Source: Mobula birostris
Taxonomy: Eukaryota
Assembly (NCBI RefSeq): GCF_030028105.1
Contig: NC_092370.1
Coordinates: 81,922,969 to 81,986,968 of the forward strand
Direction of reading: 5' to 3'
DNA: 64,000 nt
Shown here in pieces: positions 34,719 to 46,810 of the stretch; within the stretch, counting starts at the first letter, position 1; each line of letters opens with the position of its first letter. The notes below the pieces were generated by a model. The model saw only the letters and a program-made list of their open reading frames with translations. It made no database searches and was not told the origin of the DNA. Both the position numbers and the translations under genes were made by a program.

Positions 34719-35859
34719 ATGGATTTTAGTAAGGCATTTGACAAGGTTCCACATGGTAGGCTTATTCAGAAAGTCAGAAGGCATGGGATCCAGGGAAGTT
34801 TAGCCAGGTGGATTCAGAATTGGCTTGCCTGCAGAAAACAGAGGGAGTACATTCGGATCGGAGGGTTGTGACTATTGGTGTCCCACAAGGATCCGTTCTG
34901 GGACCTCTACTTTTTGTGATTTTTATTAACGACCTGGATGTGGGGGTAGAAGGGTGGGTTGGCAAGTTTGCAGACGACACAAAGGTTGATAGTGCTGTGG
35001 CTAGTGTAGAGGATTGTCGAAGATTGCAGAGAGACATTGATAGGATGCAGAAGTGGGCTGAGAAGTGGCAGATGGAGTTCAACCCGGAGAAGTGTGAGGT
35101 GGTACATTTTGGAAGGACGAACTTCAAGGCAGAGTACAAAGTAAATGGCAGGACACTTGGCAGTGTGGAGGAGCAGAGGGATCTGGGGGTACATGTCCAC
35201 AGATCCCTGAAAGTTGCCTTACAGGTGGATAGGGTGGTCAAGAAAGCTTATGGGGTGTTAGCTTTCATAAGTCGAGGGACAGAGTTTAAGAGTTGCGATG
35301 TAATGATGCAGCTCTATAAAACTCTGGTTAGGCCACACTTGGAGTACTGTGTCCAGTCTGGTCACCTCACTATAGGAAGGATGTGGAAGCATTGGAAAGG
35401 GTACAGAGGAGATTTACCAGGATGCTGCCTGGTTTATAGAGTATGCATTATGATCAGAGATTAAGGGAGCTAGGGCTTTACTCTTTGAAGAGAAGGAGGA
35501 TGAGAAGTGACATGATAGAGGTATACAAAATATTAAGAGGAATAGATAGAGTGGACAGCCAACGCCTCTTCCCCAGGGCACCACTGTTCAGTACAAGAGG
35601 ATATGGCTTTAAGGTAAAGGGTGGGAAGTTCAAGGGGGATATGAGAGGAAGGTTTTTTACTCAGAGAATGGTTGGTGCATAGAATGCACTGCCTGAGTTA
35701 GTGGTGGAGGCAGATACACTCCTGAAGTCTAAGAGACTACTAGACAGGTATATGGAGGAATTTAAGGTGGGGGGGTTATATGGGAGGCAGGGTTTAAGGG
35801 TCGGCATAACATTGTGGGCCAAAGGGCCTGTACTGTGCTGTACTGTTCTATGTTCTATG
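34719..35859 (+). mobile_element. CR1 LINE, 5'-truncated (RT to 3' tail), relatively young
   Basis: MDFSKAFDKV at the start; ORF 34808..35464 GVPQGSVLGP, KFADDTK, LVRPHLEYC; RFFTQR; tail tgttctatgttctatg. Confidence 0.95.
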
Positions 35860-37551
35860 TAAATACAGGTCCAATACATTCATACATGCTGACTTGGTCC
35901 ATCCTTAAGCTCTTGTAAATGGTGTTCTTCCTAGAGAAACCTTTAATGTTCTGGCACAAGTCCAGCTTACTCTCCTTCATAATCCATTGCAAACACATTT
36001 CTGACATTTTTATTTTCTAAAGAAACAAATTGAAGAATTAAAACTTGATAAAGAGAGTACTAAGTTACTCATCAGAAGTCGAAAGTTACATTTCACAAGG
36101 TTTTATGTTTCATGTTTTCACTTGTTGTCTTGAGTATATTAAACTCTACAATTACTTAGTAAAAGATAAGGATTTGGCCAGATTTGAAACTGCTTGTAAT
36201 TTTCTAGCCTTTCTCACCCAGGTATCTTTTCAAATACAAATGTAACTTACCTGGTTTGGGAAAAATTGATCTTAGCTTCAGAAATTGTATGGAGGCCTCC
36301 TCGGCCTGTGAGACTTCCCATGGCTGATTATACTGTCAAGTAAACTACTCCTACACCTGTTGATGTAGTCTTCAATGTATCTTAAGAGTACCTCAGCAGG
36401 TGTAGGGGTTCCGAGCTATAAAAGTCAAGTTGTTATTGCTGGTAGTAAGAATCCTTGTGGTATGCAAACTGTGACCAGTAAGAACAAGTCTTGAAGGGAC
36501 TTCTCAAGAATGGCTGTAAAACTTTTAATATGCTGTGGTTCTGTTTGGCCAAAAGGAATATTTAATTTCACAAATCAAACTACTAGTTATAGTCCATTAA
36601 CTGGAACTGTTAAACAATTTACACACATGCTATTTTGAATTGACATGTGGCAGATCAGCCAGAGGAACCTTGCTGTAAAAATCCAGTGTTGAACAAGTGA
36701 AATTCTAATTCATTTCAATTGTAAAATGGAGTAAATTGTTTGCCTTATAAGGTTAGTGATGACAGTTGGAAAATAGGTTTGGTAGGAGCTACAATAAAAT
36801 GTAAGTGTTCTAAAATTATATTGGGGAATCTCTGGATTGCCTTTAGGCAAGTTACTTTGATAACTTGAGCATCTAATATATTGAAAAATGAAGACAAAGA
36901 CTTAAAGCTTGCTATGAGAAAATGTCAATATTCTTGAAATTTTCTGAACTGAATTTTATCAAATTTAGATGTCTTCCTTAAATTCATTTTAGGTTAAGCT
37001 AATGGATGCAGTTTAATTTATGCACCATTCCTCCATCCTTTTGCTGACTGCAGTTTTCATTGCATATCTGTGGCCAATGATGTTTTGACGATTCTGCAAG
37101 ACCACACTGTCACCCTGTGGACACAGCTGGTACAGCTTAAGTTTCCATTGTCAAGGTTGAATGAAATTCGGTGATTATCAAATTTGTTAACAAATTTGCA
37201 GCAGAAATTGGACTATAGTTTTCTCATTCTAGATTGAAGTTTTATGTAGATTTCTGCTACAGTTGCTGACCGTGGAAGTTTTAGGTTGTTTAAGTTTATT
37301 CTTTACTTGATCAGAAAGTAAATATGTTGTCATAAATTCAATTCATTAACATAATTTGTGTTTATGACTTATAGGGAATGTTTAATAAATAGGATCACAT
37401 GTTCTTAATTCATAAGTTCTTCACAAGACCATGTGGGAAAAACATGTTTATATTCATACATTTTATTGATTATATGTGTGTGGTTAGCTGGTGTAATGCT
37501 ATGTCAAAAGACATTACAGTTGGCTAACAATCAAGAAAAACTTAAGTGCTA

Positions 37552-38360
37552 AAGTTCAAGAAAATAGATCACCTACTAAATGCAAATTCAGTTGCATTCA
37601 AATATAAACAGATATACCACTAAACGAGATGTTTCTCCAGACCAAGATGCACAGCACAGTACATATAACTCACACACATGCCACATAAAGTAATATTAAC
37701 ACAAATAAATTAGCAATTAATAAAGTGCATAAACAATACAGGTTAAAAAATAAACAATGTAACATCACTGGTGCTTAATTACCTAATGATACTTGGGTGT
37801 TGGTAGGGGGTTCAATAGTCATACAGCCTGCAGGAAGAACCTGTTTCCCATCCTACAGTTCTTGTCTTGATGATACGGTACCTCCTGTCTGATGGTAGGG
37901 GATCAAAGAGATTGTTGGACAGATGGGAGGGATCACTGAGAATGCTAAGGGTCCTGCACGCGCAGCATTCCTGATAAATATCTCTAATGGTTGGAAGACA
38001 GACCCTCATGATTCTCTTAGCATTTCTTGTAATTCTTTCTGGAGACTTGCAGTCAGATGCATTGCGATTCCCGTACCAGATGGTGACACAGCTGGCCAGG
38101 GCTCTCTTGATGGTGCTCCTGTGAAAATTGGTTAAAATGGTAGGGGGATGCCTCACTTACATCAATCTCTTCAGGAAGTGGAGATGCTGCTGTGTTGTTT
38201 TTTCACCAAAGAGGTGGTGTTGAGAGTCCAGGTGAGATTGTCCATTATGTGCTCTTCCAGAAACTTGGTGTTCCTAACTGTATGTGCAGTGAGCAGTTGT
38301 CAACTTGCACCTTCCTAAAGCCCACAATCACTTCCTTGGTCTTGTCCACATTGAGACTCA
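37552..38360 (-). mobile_element. Rex1/Babar 3' fragment
   Basis: ORF 37812..38156(-) LTNFHRSTIKRALASCVTIWYG...DPSHLSNNLFDPLPSDRRYR. Confidence 0.85.
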
Positions 38361-38799
38361 ATGTCCAACTAAATCATTGCAATGCAGTGTTTAGTATTGA
38401 AGGAGCAAAATGAGTTATCGTCTTTCAAATGTTGCTACATATTGTAGTTTTTTTAAATTTAGTTATCAATATTTAAGATGGATGAATTTGAAAATGAATA
38501 AAGTTGGCTTGTAAATTTGTGAATTACCTGCAGAATTTTCTCTGCACAGTGTACTCCTTCTGTTATTTCATTAGCTGGCCAGAGAATTTCCATTTTGTTG
38601 CGTGATGCACTTTAAAGTGGGTGAATGACGATCTGCGAACCCATTTAGAGTTTAAATCAACACCATCTGCAATCTGATTCAACAGTAGGAGCATAGAGAT
38701 CGCTGACAGATGAAGTTACTTGCCCCTGTTTTCTGTCACGTCAATGCCCAAAGGCTGCAATCCTTATGATACATATGTCAGACTGGCACACTTAAATAA

Positions 38800-39170
38800 T
38801 ATACTTTTGACTAAATGTTGACAAGATAGTCTTGCAGTTGTACGAGATGTTGGTGAGACTGCACTTGAAGGATAGTGTACACTTTTGCTTAGCCTGTAAT
38901 CGGAAAGATATCTTTGAAAGAGTACAAAGAAGATTTATGAGGTCTTTGTTTCAGGAAGATGTTATTCACAGTTGGATAAGCACATGGCAAGGAGGGGTTT
39001 AGAGGGATATGGGTAAAATGCAGACAAATAGGACTAATTGGATTTACTGTGTATACCCACAAGAAAAACAAATCTCATGGTTGTACGTGGTGATGTATAT
39101 GTACTTTGATAATACATTTACTTTGAACTTTGAGCTAATTTGGCAGGCACCCTGGTTGGCATAGGTAAAT
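38800..39170 (+). mobile_element. Decayed CR1 3' remnant containing a Rex1/Babar tail (39038-39135)
   Basis: ttgcagttgtacgagatgttggtgagactgcacttg (LQLY..LVR.HL). Inserted tail ttggatttactgtg...tttactttgaactttga. Confidence 0.65.
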
Positions 39171-39174
39171 TTAA

Positions 39175-39740
39175 AATCAGAATTGGGGTTTTTTATCACT
39201 GACATAGGTCATGAAATTTGTTGTTTTGCAGCAGCAGTAAGGTGCGAGAGTAACAATTACTGCAAGGTACCAAATAAATAAATAGTGCAAAAGATGAATA
39301 AAGATGCAGTATTCATGGGTACATGGACTATTCAGAAATCTGATAATGGAGGGGGAAGAAACATTGAGTGTGGATCTTCAAACTCCTGTGCCTCCTCCCT
39401 GATGGCAATAATGTGAAGAGGGCATATCCTGGATGGTGAGGATTTTTAACCAAGATGTTGTCTTCTTGAGGGATTGCTTTTTGAATATGGACTTGATGAT
39501 GAGGGGAGAGTTATGCCTGTGATGGATCCGGCTGAGACTACAACCCTCTGCAGCCTCTTGTGTTCCATACCAGACTGTGATGTAATCTTTCAGAATGCTG
39601 TTCACTGTACATCTATAGAAATTTGTAAGGTTTTGGTGACATACCAAATTTTCTCGAAATCCAAATGAAGTATAACTGCTGGTGTGCATTCTTTGTGATT
39701 GTATCAGTGTGTTGGGCCCAGAAGGAATAGTAAAGAATGT
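39175..39740 (-). mobile_element. Rex1/Babar 3' fragment
   Basis: ORF 39378..39857(-) LTNFYRCTVNSILKDYITVWYG; aatcagaatt...ttatcactgac tail. Confidence 0.85.
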
Positions 39741-40092
39741 GCACTGAGTTCTGTGACACCACACTGTTGACAAGCTGCCAGTCACAAAACACCCATCAGC
39801 TACTACTCTTTGTTTCCTGGCACTGATCAATGACAGTGAGGGAATGGTGGTATACATACAAGTCAGGATTATTAGAAGATACTGTTGGCAGTATTTATCA
39901 TCTACCCATTGCCTTTGTCTGTCTTACTAGAAGAGATTAAGTTTTAGGAGGTGCAAAAGGAATAGTGTGGATGAGTATTTACAATGTATTTTGTGGACGT
40001 ATGCACTGCTGAAATGTCCATTGGAGTTGAAGATAATGAATGCTTAGAGTGGAGGGTGGCCAGTTTTGTTCTGCTTGTTGTGTTTCTTGAAT

Positions 40093-41200
40093 TTTTTTTA
40101 TTTCAAAATATACTTTATTCAAAAATAAATATATACAATAAACCATTCAATAACTTTCCATCCTTTACATACGTTTCCATTAAAGTCAGTATATTTCCAT
40201 ATTTATGGCCACCCACGTGGCACTCCAGTTGTTCACCTTACCACATCACTATTGAGGGGTATACTCCCCGCCACCTGACCCCTCCCACTCCCGCGGGTGA
40301 AGAAACCTATACCGTGGTCGTTCCCCACCGGGCCCTTGCGGTGGCTGCACCGAGTTTCAGTGCGTCCCTCAGCACATACTCCTGCAGCCGAGAATGTGCC
40401 AGTCGGCAGCATTCTGCCACGGACATCTCCATGTGCTGGTAGATCATCAAGTTTCGGGCCGACCAAAGAGCGTCCTTCACCAAGTTGATGATCTGCCAGC
40501 AGCACCGGATGTTGGTCTCCATGTGCGTCCCCAGGAACAGCCCGTAGATCAGAGAGTCCTCTGTTACGCAGCTGTTGGGGATGAAACGTGACACTAGCCC
40601 GTCCATCCTCCTCCACACCCTCTTTGTGAACTGACAGTGTGCAAAGAGGTGGGTCACAGACTCCTCCTCACTGCAGTCCTCCCGTGGGCAGTGGGGTGCG
40701 GAGACGACGTTCCGGGCGTACAGGAGGGCTCTGACTGGGAGGGCCCCTCTCACCGCCAGCCAGGCAAGGTCTTTGTGCCTGTTGCTGAGATCTGGTGATG
40801 AGGCATTTTGCCAGATGAACTGGACGGTCTGCTCAGGGAACCACCCCACTGTGTCCATCACGTCCTTCTCCTGCAGTGCCTGTAGGACATTACGTGTCAA
40901 CCACTTTCTGATGGCCCTGTGGTCAAAGGCGTTCTCCTGGAAGAACTTTGCTACGTAGGACAGGTATGGTGGCAATGACCAGCTGACTGGGGCGTTGCGC
41001 AGGAGTGGGGCCAGACCCATCCTTCGTAGCCAGGGCGACAGGTAGAACCTGGGCACATATTGGTACTTGGTGCCCACATACCTGGGTTCTACACACAACC
41101 TGATGCAGCCACATACGAAGCTGGCCATCAGGGTGAGGGCGACATTGGGGACGTTCTTGCCCCCGTTGTCCAGGGACTTGTGCATGATGGTCCGTCTCAC
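40093..41200 (-). mobile_element. Tx1/L1-clade LINE 3' fragment, young, 8-bp TSD
   Basis: Uninterrupted ~297-codon ORF2 C-terminus with zinc-finger CPREDC...ESVTHLFAHC and LWSARN. AATAAA (40114-40119, -) and A-tail. TSD TCTTGAAT at 40085-40092 and 41201-41208. CpG-rich. Confidence 0.93.
40307..41200 (-). pseudogene. Tx1 ORF2 C-terminal region (zf-RVT), 5'-truncated
   Basis: ORF 40307..41227; its first ~9 codons lie in the flanking DNA/TSD. Confidence 0.88.
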
Positions 41201-41242
41201 TCTTGAATATTGTTGGGCTGTACTCATCCAGGTAAGTGAGGA

Positions 41243-41450
41243 CCAGCTTCTTCCCCTTCTGCCATACGATTCCTAATTGGACATTGAACCCATGAACAAT
41301 ACCTCACTTTTTAGTTAAATAATATATATTTCTGCTTTTGAACTATTTTTAATTATTTCTATATACATATACTTTAATCAATGTATTTATTTTCTTTCTG
41401 TATTATGTATTATACTGCTGCTAGGAAGTTAACAAATTTCATAACACATC
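41243..41450 (+). mobile_element. Rex1/Babar 3' tail fragment
   Basis: cagcttcttcccc...ttcctaattggacattgaa matches 19513-19557; ctgctgct..gttaacaaatttca matches 19714-19740. Confidence 0.8.
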
Positions 41451-42179
41451 ATGCTCTTGACGCATACATTGTTGATGATGGAAAGGCTTTAAGGTGTTGG
41501 CAGTCTGTAATTTCCATAGGAGTCAGACTCTAATCTGTTCTTGTGGTGACAATATTTCTGTAGCTGGTCCATTTGAGTGGAGGTGCTGGATATTTGATGG
41601 TGAGGGACTCAGCAATGGTAATACCATTGAGTGTCACAGATAGGTGGTTAGACTCTGTCCCAGTGCAGATGATGATTACCTAGCGCTATTGTGGGACATA
41701 TATTGCTTGCACTTATCAGCCATGGCTAAGTGTTGCATGGATCTTGCTGCATGGAGATAGGGATTGCTTTGTTCCTACTGAATCACTAACAAGATTGAAT
41801 ATACCTACTTGTGACCTTACGATAGGCAAAATGTCCTGGATGGAGTAATTGGGACATTTTCCTAAGGAGTTCTTGCAGTGTTATCCTAGGGCTGGAGTGA
41901 TTGAGCAAGAACCCCATTAGTTGTCCTCGGAATGAGATATGACCTAGTTGTTACTACTTTGGTGCTCGTTGGTTTCAGTTATTCCAGGCATCCTAAATAT
42001 CACACTCAGACAGATGCTGCTTTGATGTCAAGGGCAGTGAATTGCACCTCATTCTGGAATTCCTCTCTCTAGATCTGAGTATATTGTTTATGAACTTTGT
42101 ACAGAAGACCAGTTACAAGGATTTTTTTTTAATAAGACCAATCCTCGATGATCATAGCCCTTCATTTCATCCATTAAAC

Positions 42180-42444
42180 ACTCATTTACAGTAATCTCAT
42201 TTTAATCTATGCATCAACTCTTCCCAGATTCTACTACTCAACACACTAGGGACTATTTGCAATGGCCAGTTAAACTATCAATGTGGACATCTTTGGGATG
42301 TAGGAGGAAACTGGAGCACCCAGAGAAAGTCCATGCATTTACTATGAGAAAATGGAAACTCCACCCAGTTGGCACTGGAGGTTATGTTTGAACTTGAGTC
42401 CCTGAAACTGTGAGACAGGAGTGTTAATAACTCACCACCGTGCA
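42180..42444 (-). mobile_element. V-SINE, older copy
   Basis: gtaggaggaaactggagcacccagagaaa V-domain in reverse complement; decayed tRNA head near 42385-42444. Confidence 0.75.
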
Positions 42445-42567
42445 GTTTGAAGTCTCCAGCTTACGAAGGACTAGCAGTAAATTTGTCTTCTGGCACAAAC
42501 TAAACACAAAGTCCGAAACAGACTGCTGTATATCAAGTTTATAATAAATTTCCTGAATGACTCAAGA

Positions 42568-42890
42568 GGCAGAATGGTGTACTGGTTAAGTTACTTAACA
42601 AACAACCAGAGTACTGGACCTTTGATCCAGTGTCATGCAACTGGGGAATTAAATTCAAGCAACTGTATAAATCTGAACATATTTTTTAAAGAAAAGAGTT
42701 AGCCTTTGTGATGTTAACCATGAAACTACTGGACAAGACAGTCTGCTGTCCTTATCTCGTCTGATTTATGAAGCTTCAGATCAACCAGTATAGTTATTTC
42801 TTAACTGCTGCTTATTTCAATGGAAAATGGGGATGGATAGTAAATGCTGGAATTGCCAGCAGTAACCACATCCTGTGAAGAAATAAATAA
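42568..42890 (+). mobile_element. Ancient tRNA-headed SINE
   Basis: tggtgtactggtt A-box-like start; ggaattaaattcaa; ccatgaaacta; 3' end ggggatggatagtaaatgctgg...cacatcctgtgaagaaataaataaa. Related copies at 21965, 27375 and 32175. Confidence 0.65.
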
Positions 42891-43149
42891 ATTGCACATT
42901 CAGTAGATTAAAATCACAAGGCACAATAATGCAAATTACAAATATCCTTAACTGATTAGGGTGAAATCATTTTGAGTTCTTCTTTTATATGGGAGAGATT
43001 GTATAGTTTTTGAAAAGTGGGTCGATGGAAGGTAATTTTGCCACTGAATATCATTAAATTGGTATTAATTTTTTCTGTAAGCATTTTTGATTTGGTTTTT
43101 GAATAAAATGGGTCAAAGCATTTCGTAATGAAACCTGTGATGGATGGAT

Positions 43150-46100
43150 GCAGAATGAGAACAAGGCTTTTATAGTTTATTGCAGACCCCTCAGCTCTGA
43201 TGCTCCAGGAAAACAATCCAAGTTCATTGTACCTCTTTTTATATAGCTCATAGCCTCTAATCCAGACAGCATCCTGGTAAACCTCTTTGATTTCACTGTA
43301 AAGCTGAAACATCCCTCCTTTGTTCTTGAGTCCTATCTACTCTCTTGTTTTTAATTTATTTATAAAATGCCTTGTGATATTCCTTTATCTTTCTCATCCC
43401 TGTTCACATTGTTGAAGGGTGTGGAAGTTCTTGAATTCAGGGGAGGGAACCGTGATACCTGGAGCATACCAACATTACAAAAAGATGTCTTGAGATGCAT
43501 AATAATTTAACAACCCCCAAATCCCAGATGTATTCTAGGATGTCATGGGAAGCAGGAGAAGGGATTGACTGGTTTTGGCAGAAATTTTGTGTCTTCATTA
43601 GCAGTAGGCAAAGTAGCAGAAAATTGGAGAAAAGCAATGTTTTCCCTTTATTTGAGGATGGTAGCAGGGTTAGTCTAGGCATCTACAAAGTAGTGAGTTA
43701 TAGTGGTGCAAGTGTTTTTAGAAGGGATTCTGAGGATTCTGATTAATTTGCAGTTCGAGATTAATTATGGATAGTCAGCATGGCTAATTATGTATGAGAA
43801 GTCACTGGTCACAGGAGTAGTACCAGAAGATTTGAAATTAGCATTTGTTACTCCTTTGTTCAAGAAACAAATGGGGATAATTCTTGGAATTATAGACTAG
43901 TGTGTCTTAAGTTCGTGGTGAGCAAAATATTGGGCAGGATTCTTGGAGAAAAGATTTATGAACTTTTGGAGTTGTATAGTCTGACTGGGGATAAGCAGCA
44001 TGTTCTTGTGAGGGTCAGGTCACACCTGTATATAAATTTACTATACCAAATGAGGATGATAGAATTCTCCGAGGAAATGACAAAACAAGTTGATAACGGT
44101 AGAGTAATTTGGTCCATCAAGTCATTGAGTATATTTAAAGCAGAGGTTGCTAGGTTCTTGACTAGTCAAGGTGTCAAAGGTTGCGGGAAGAAGGCAGGAG
44201 TATGGGTTGAGAGGGATAATAAATCAGAAATGATGAATTGGTGGAGCAGAAATGATGGGCTAAAACACCTAATTCTACTCCTATGTCTTATGTTCTTATG
44301 ATAGAGTTCACCTTGCAGTTTGAGAGAGAGAAGCTAAAGTCAGATATATCAATATTACTTTGGAATAAAGGGAATTACAAAGGGATGAAAGTCGGCTTAA
44401 GTAAATTAGAAGGGGACACTAGCAGAGATAATGGCAGAACAACAATGGCTGGAGCTCTGGGGGAGCTTTTCAGTAGGTGCAGGATAAATGCTGTACATCC
44501 CAACAAGGAAGGGTTAATTTAAAGGGAGAATGACGTAACCATGGCTGACCAGGGAAGTCAAAGAGAATACGAAGGCAAAAGTGAGCCATATAATATAACA
44601 AAAATTAGTGAGAAGTTAGAGGATTGGAAAGTCTTTAAAAAGCAACAGAAGGCAACTAAAGTGCCATAAGGAGAGAAAAGGTAAAATATGAAGGTAAGTT
44701 AGCCAATAACATAAAAGAGATTGCCAAAAGGAGATTAGTGGGCAAAATTAGAGCACATGGTACTGGGGGTAGGGTACTGACATGGAGAGGAAATTGGTTG
44801 GCAGACAGGAAATAAAGAGTAGGGATTAACGGGTCCTTTTCAGAATGGCAGGCAATGACTAGTGGGGTACCACAAGGCTCGTTGCTGGGACTGCAGCTAT
44901 TTACAATATACATTAATGATTTAGATGAAGGAATTAAAAGTAACATTAGCAAGTTTGCAGATGACACACAGCTGGGTGGCAGTGTGAAATGTGAGGAGGA
45001 TGTTATGAGAATGCAGGGTGACTTGGACAGGTTGGGTGAGTGGGCAGATGCAGTTTAATGTGGATAAATGTGAGTTTATCCACTTTGGTGGCAAGAACAG
45101 GAAGGCAGATTACTATCTGAATGGTGTCAAGTTAGGAAAAAGAGAAGTACAATGAGATCTAGGTGTCCTTGTTCATCAGTCACTGAAAGTAGGCATGCAG
45201 GTACAGCAGCAAGTGAAGAAAGCTATTGGCATGTTGGCCTTCATAACAAGGGGAGATGAGTATAGGAGTAAAGAGGTCCTTCTGCAGTTGTACAGAGCCC
45301 TGGTGAGACCACACCTGGAGCATTGTGTGCAGTTTTGGTCTCTAAATTTGAGGAAGGACATTCTTGCTATTGAGGGAGTGCAGTGGAGGTTCACGAGGTT
45401 AATTCCCGGGATGGCGGGATTGTCATATGTTGAAAGATTGGAGCGACCGAGCTTGTATACACTGGAATTTAGAAGGATGAGAGGGGATCTGTTTGAAACA
45501 TATAAGATTATTAAGGGATTTGACACTTTAGAGGCAGGAAACATGTTCCCGATGTTGGGGGAGTCCAGAACCAGAGGCCATAGTTTAAGAATAAGGGGTA
45601 CGCCATTTAGAACAGAATTGAGGGAAAACTTTTTCACCCAGAGAGTTGTGGATCTGTGGAATGCTCTGCCTCAGAAGAGAATGGAGGCCAATTCTCTGGA
45701 TGCTTTCAAGAAAGAGTTAGAGCTCTTAAAGATAGTGGAGCCAAGGGATATAGGGAGAAGGCAGGAAAGGGGTACTGATTGTGGATGATCAGCCATGATC
45801 ACAGGGAATGGTGGTGCTGGCTCGAAGGGCCAAATGGCCTACTCCTGCACCTATTGTCTATTGCCTATAAAAGTTTATTTCAGAAAAATAAAGTGAGGTG
45901 AGAAAAGTTATTGGACTGCCAGGAAATGCCACTGGAGTGATAGTAATGGGGAACAAAAAATGGCAGTTTTTTGAGTCAGTCTTCACCCTAGTGTGTAGTT
46001 TGCCTGAAATTTGAGAGTGTCGTGGCAGAAGTGAGTGTAGTTGTTATTACTAAGAAGGAGGCACTTGGAAAGGTGAAAGGTCTGAAGGTAGATAAGTCAC

Positions 46101-46515
46101 CTGGACCAGATAGACTACACTCCAATGTTTTGAAAGAGGTAACTGAAGAGATTGTGGAGGCGTTAGTAATGATCTTTCAAGGATCACTATATTCTGGAAT
46201 GTTTCCAGAGGATTAGGAGATTGTAAATGTCACTCCATTCTTTAAAAAGGGAGGGAGGCAGAAGAAAGGAAATTATAGGCCAGTTAGCCTGATTTCGGTG
46301 ATTGGGAATTCATCACCACAGGCAGCTTTGGAGGCCAAGTCACTGAGTATACTTAAGGTGGAAAGTAACAGGTTCTTGATTAGTTAGGGCGTCAAAGTTT
46401 ATGGAGAGAATGCAGGAGAATGAGGTTGAGATGGTTTATAAATCAGCCATGATGGAATGGCAGATCAGACTCTAAAGGGCCTAGTTTTGATACTATGTCT
46501 TTTGGTCTTATGGAT
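43150..46515. mobile_element. Cluster of stacked CR1 fragments (43150-43420 minus; 43490-44295 and 44295-46515 plus)
   Basis: Repeated KSPGPD/LVMIFQ/NVTP.FKKG/GNYRPVSL motifs and two CR1 3' ends (44110-44295, 46310-46515). Confidence 0.8.
44731..45868 (+). mobile_element. Young CR1 (RT to tail) nested in an older CR1
   Basis: GVPQGSLLG, KFADDT, LVRPHLEHC, NFFTQRVV; tail ctattgtctattgcctat. AAAAG flanks at 44726-44730 and 45869-45873; host homology resumes afterwards. Confidence 0.92.
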
Positions 46516-46810
46516 AAACCACTTGGGTCCATTCTATGATATGAAACTACTGCATGTTTAGGAACACATTGGCTCTTTAAGGACAGTCATAAGAATTGTT
46601 TTTGCTATTAAATTGCATTTTTTTAGGGAAATCCTTCTCTTTGGGTTTAAAGTATCTGATGAATATACAATTCCCTCTTGAGAGTCTCGAAGAACAAGAG
46701 CTGTTTTCATTGCAGCATTTAGGACTTAGAAAAGAACTGATAGCAAAGGCAATGAGAGATTTTTTTCTCTGACTGTAGAATGTGGGACATTATCATTATG
46801 GCATGAGATA

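Larger units (their letters stand above)
39870..42070 (-). mobile_element. Ancient, highly decayed CR1/L2-group LINE hosting later insertions
   Basis: Minus strand near 42040 reads TALDIKAA (RT motif xLDxxxAFD). Sequence is continuous across the Tx1 TSD. Confidence 0.6.

Noticed and set aside
5860-38560. CACAGTG heptamers (e.g. ~5860, 6049, 21478, 30236, 32819, 38545) as V(D)J recombination signals
   Set aside because: No nonamer at 12 or 23 bp spacing and no Ig/TCR segments nearby.
40307-41227. 306-aa ORF as a domesticated gene
   Set aside because: Its start codon lies in flanking DNA beyond the TSD; openness is explained by recent insertion.
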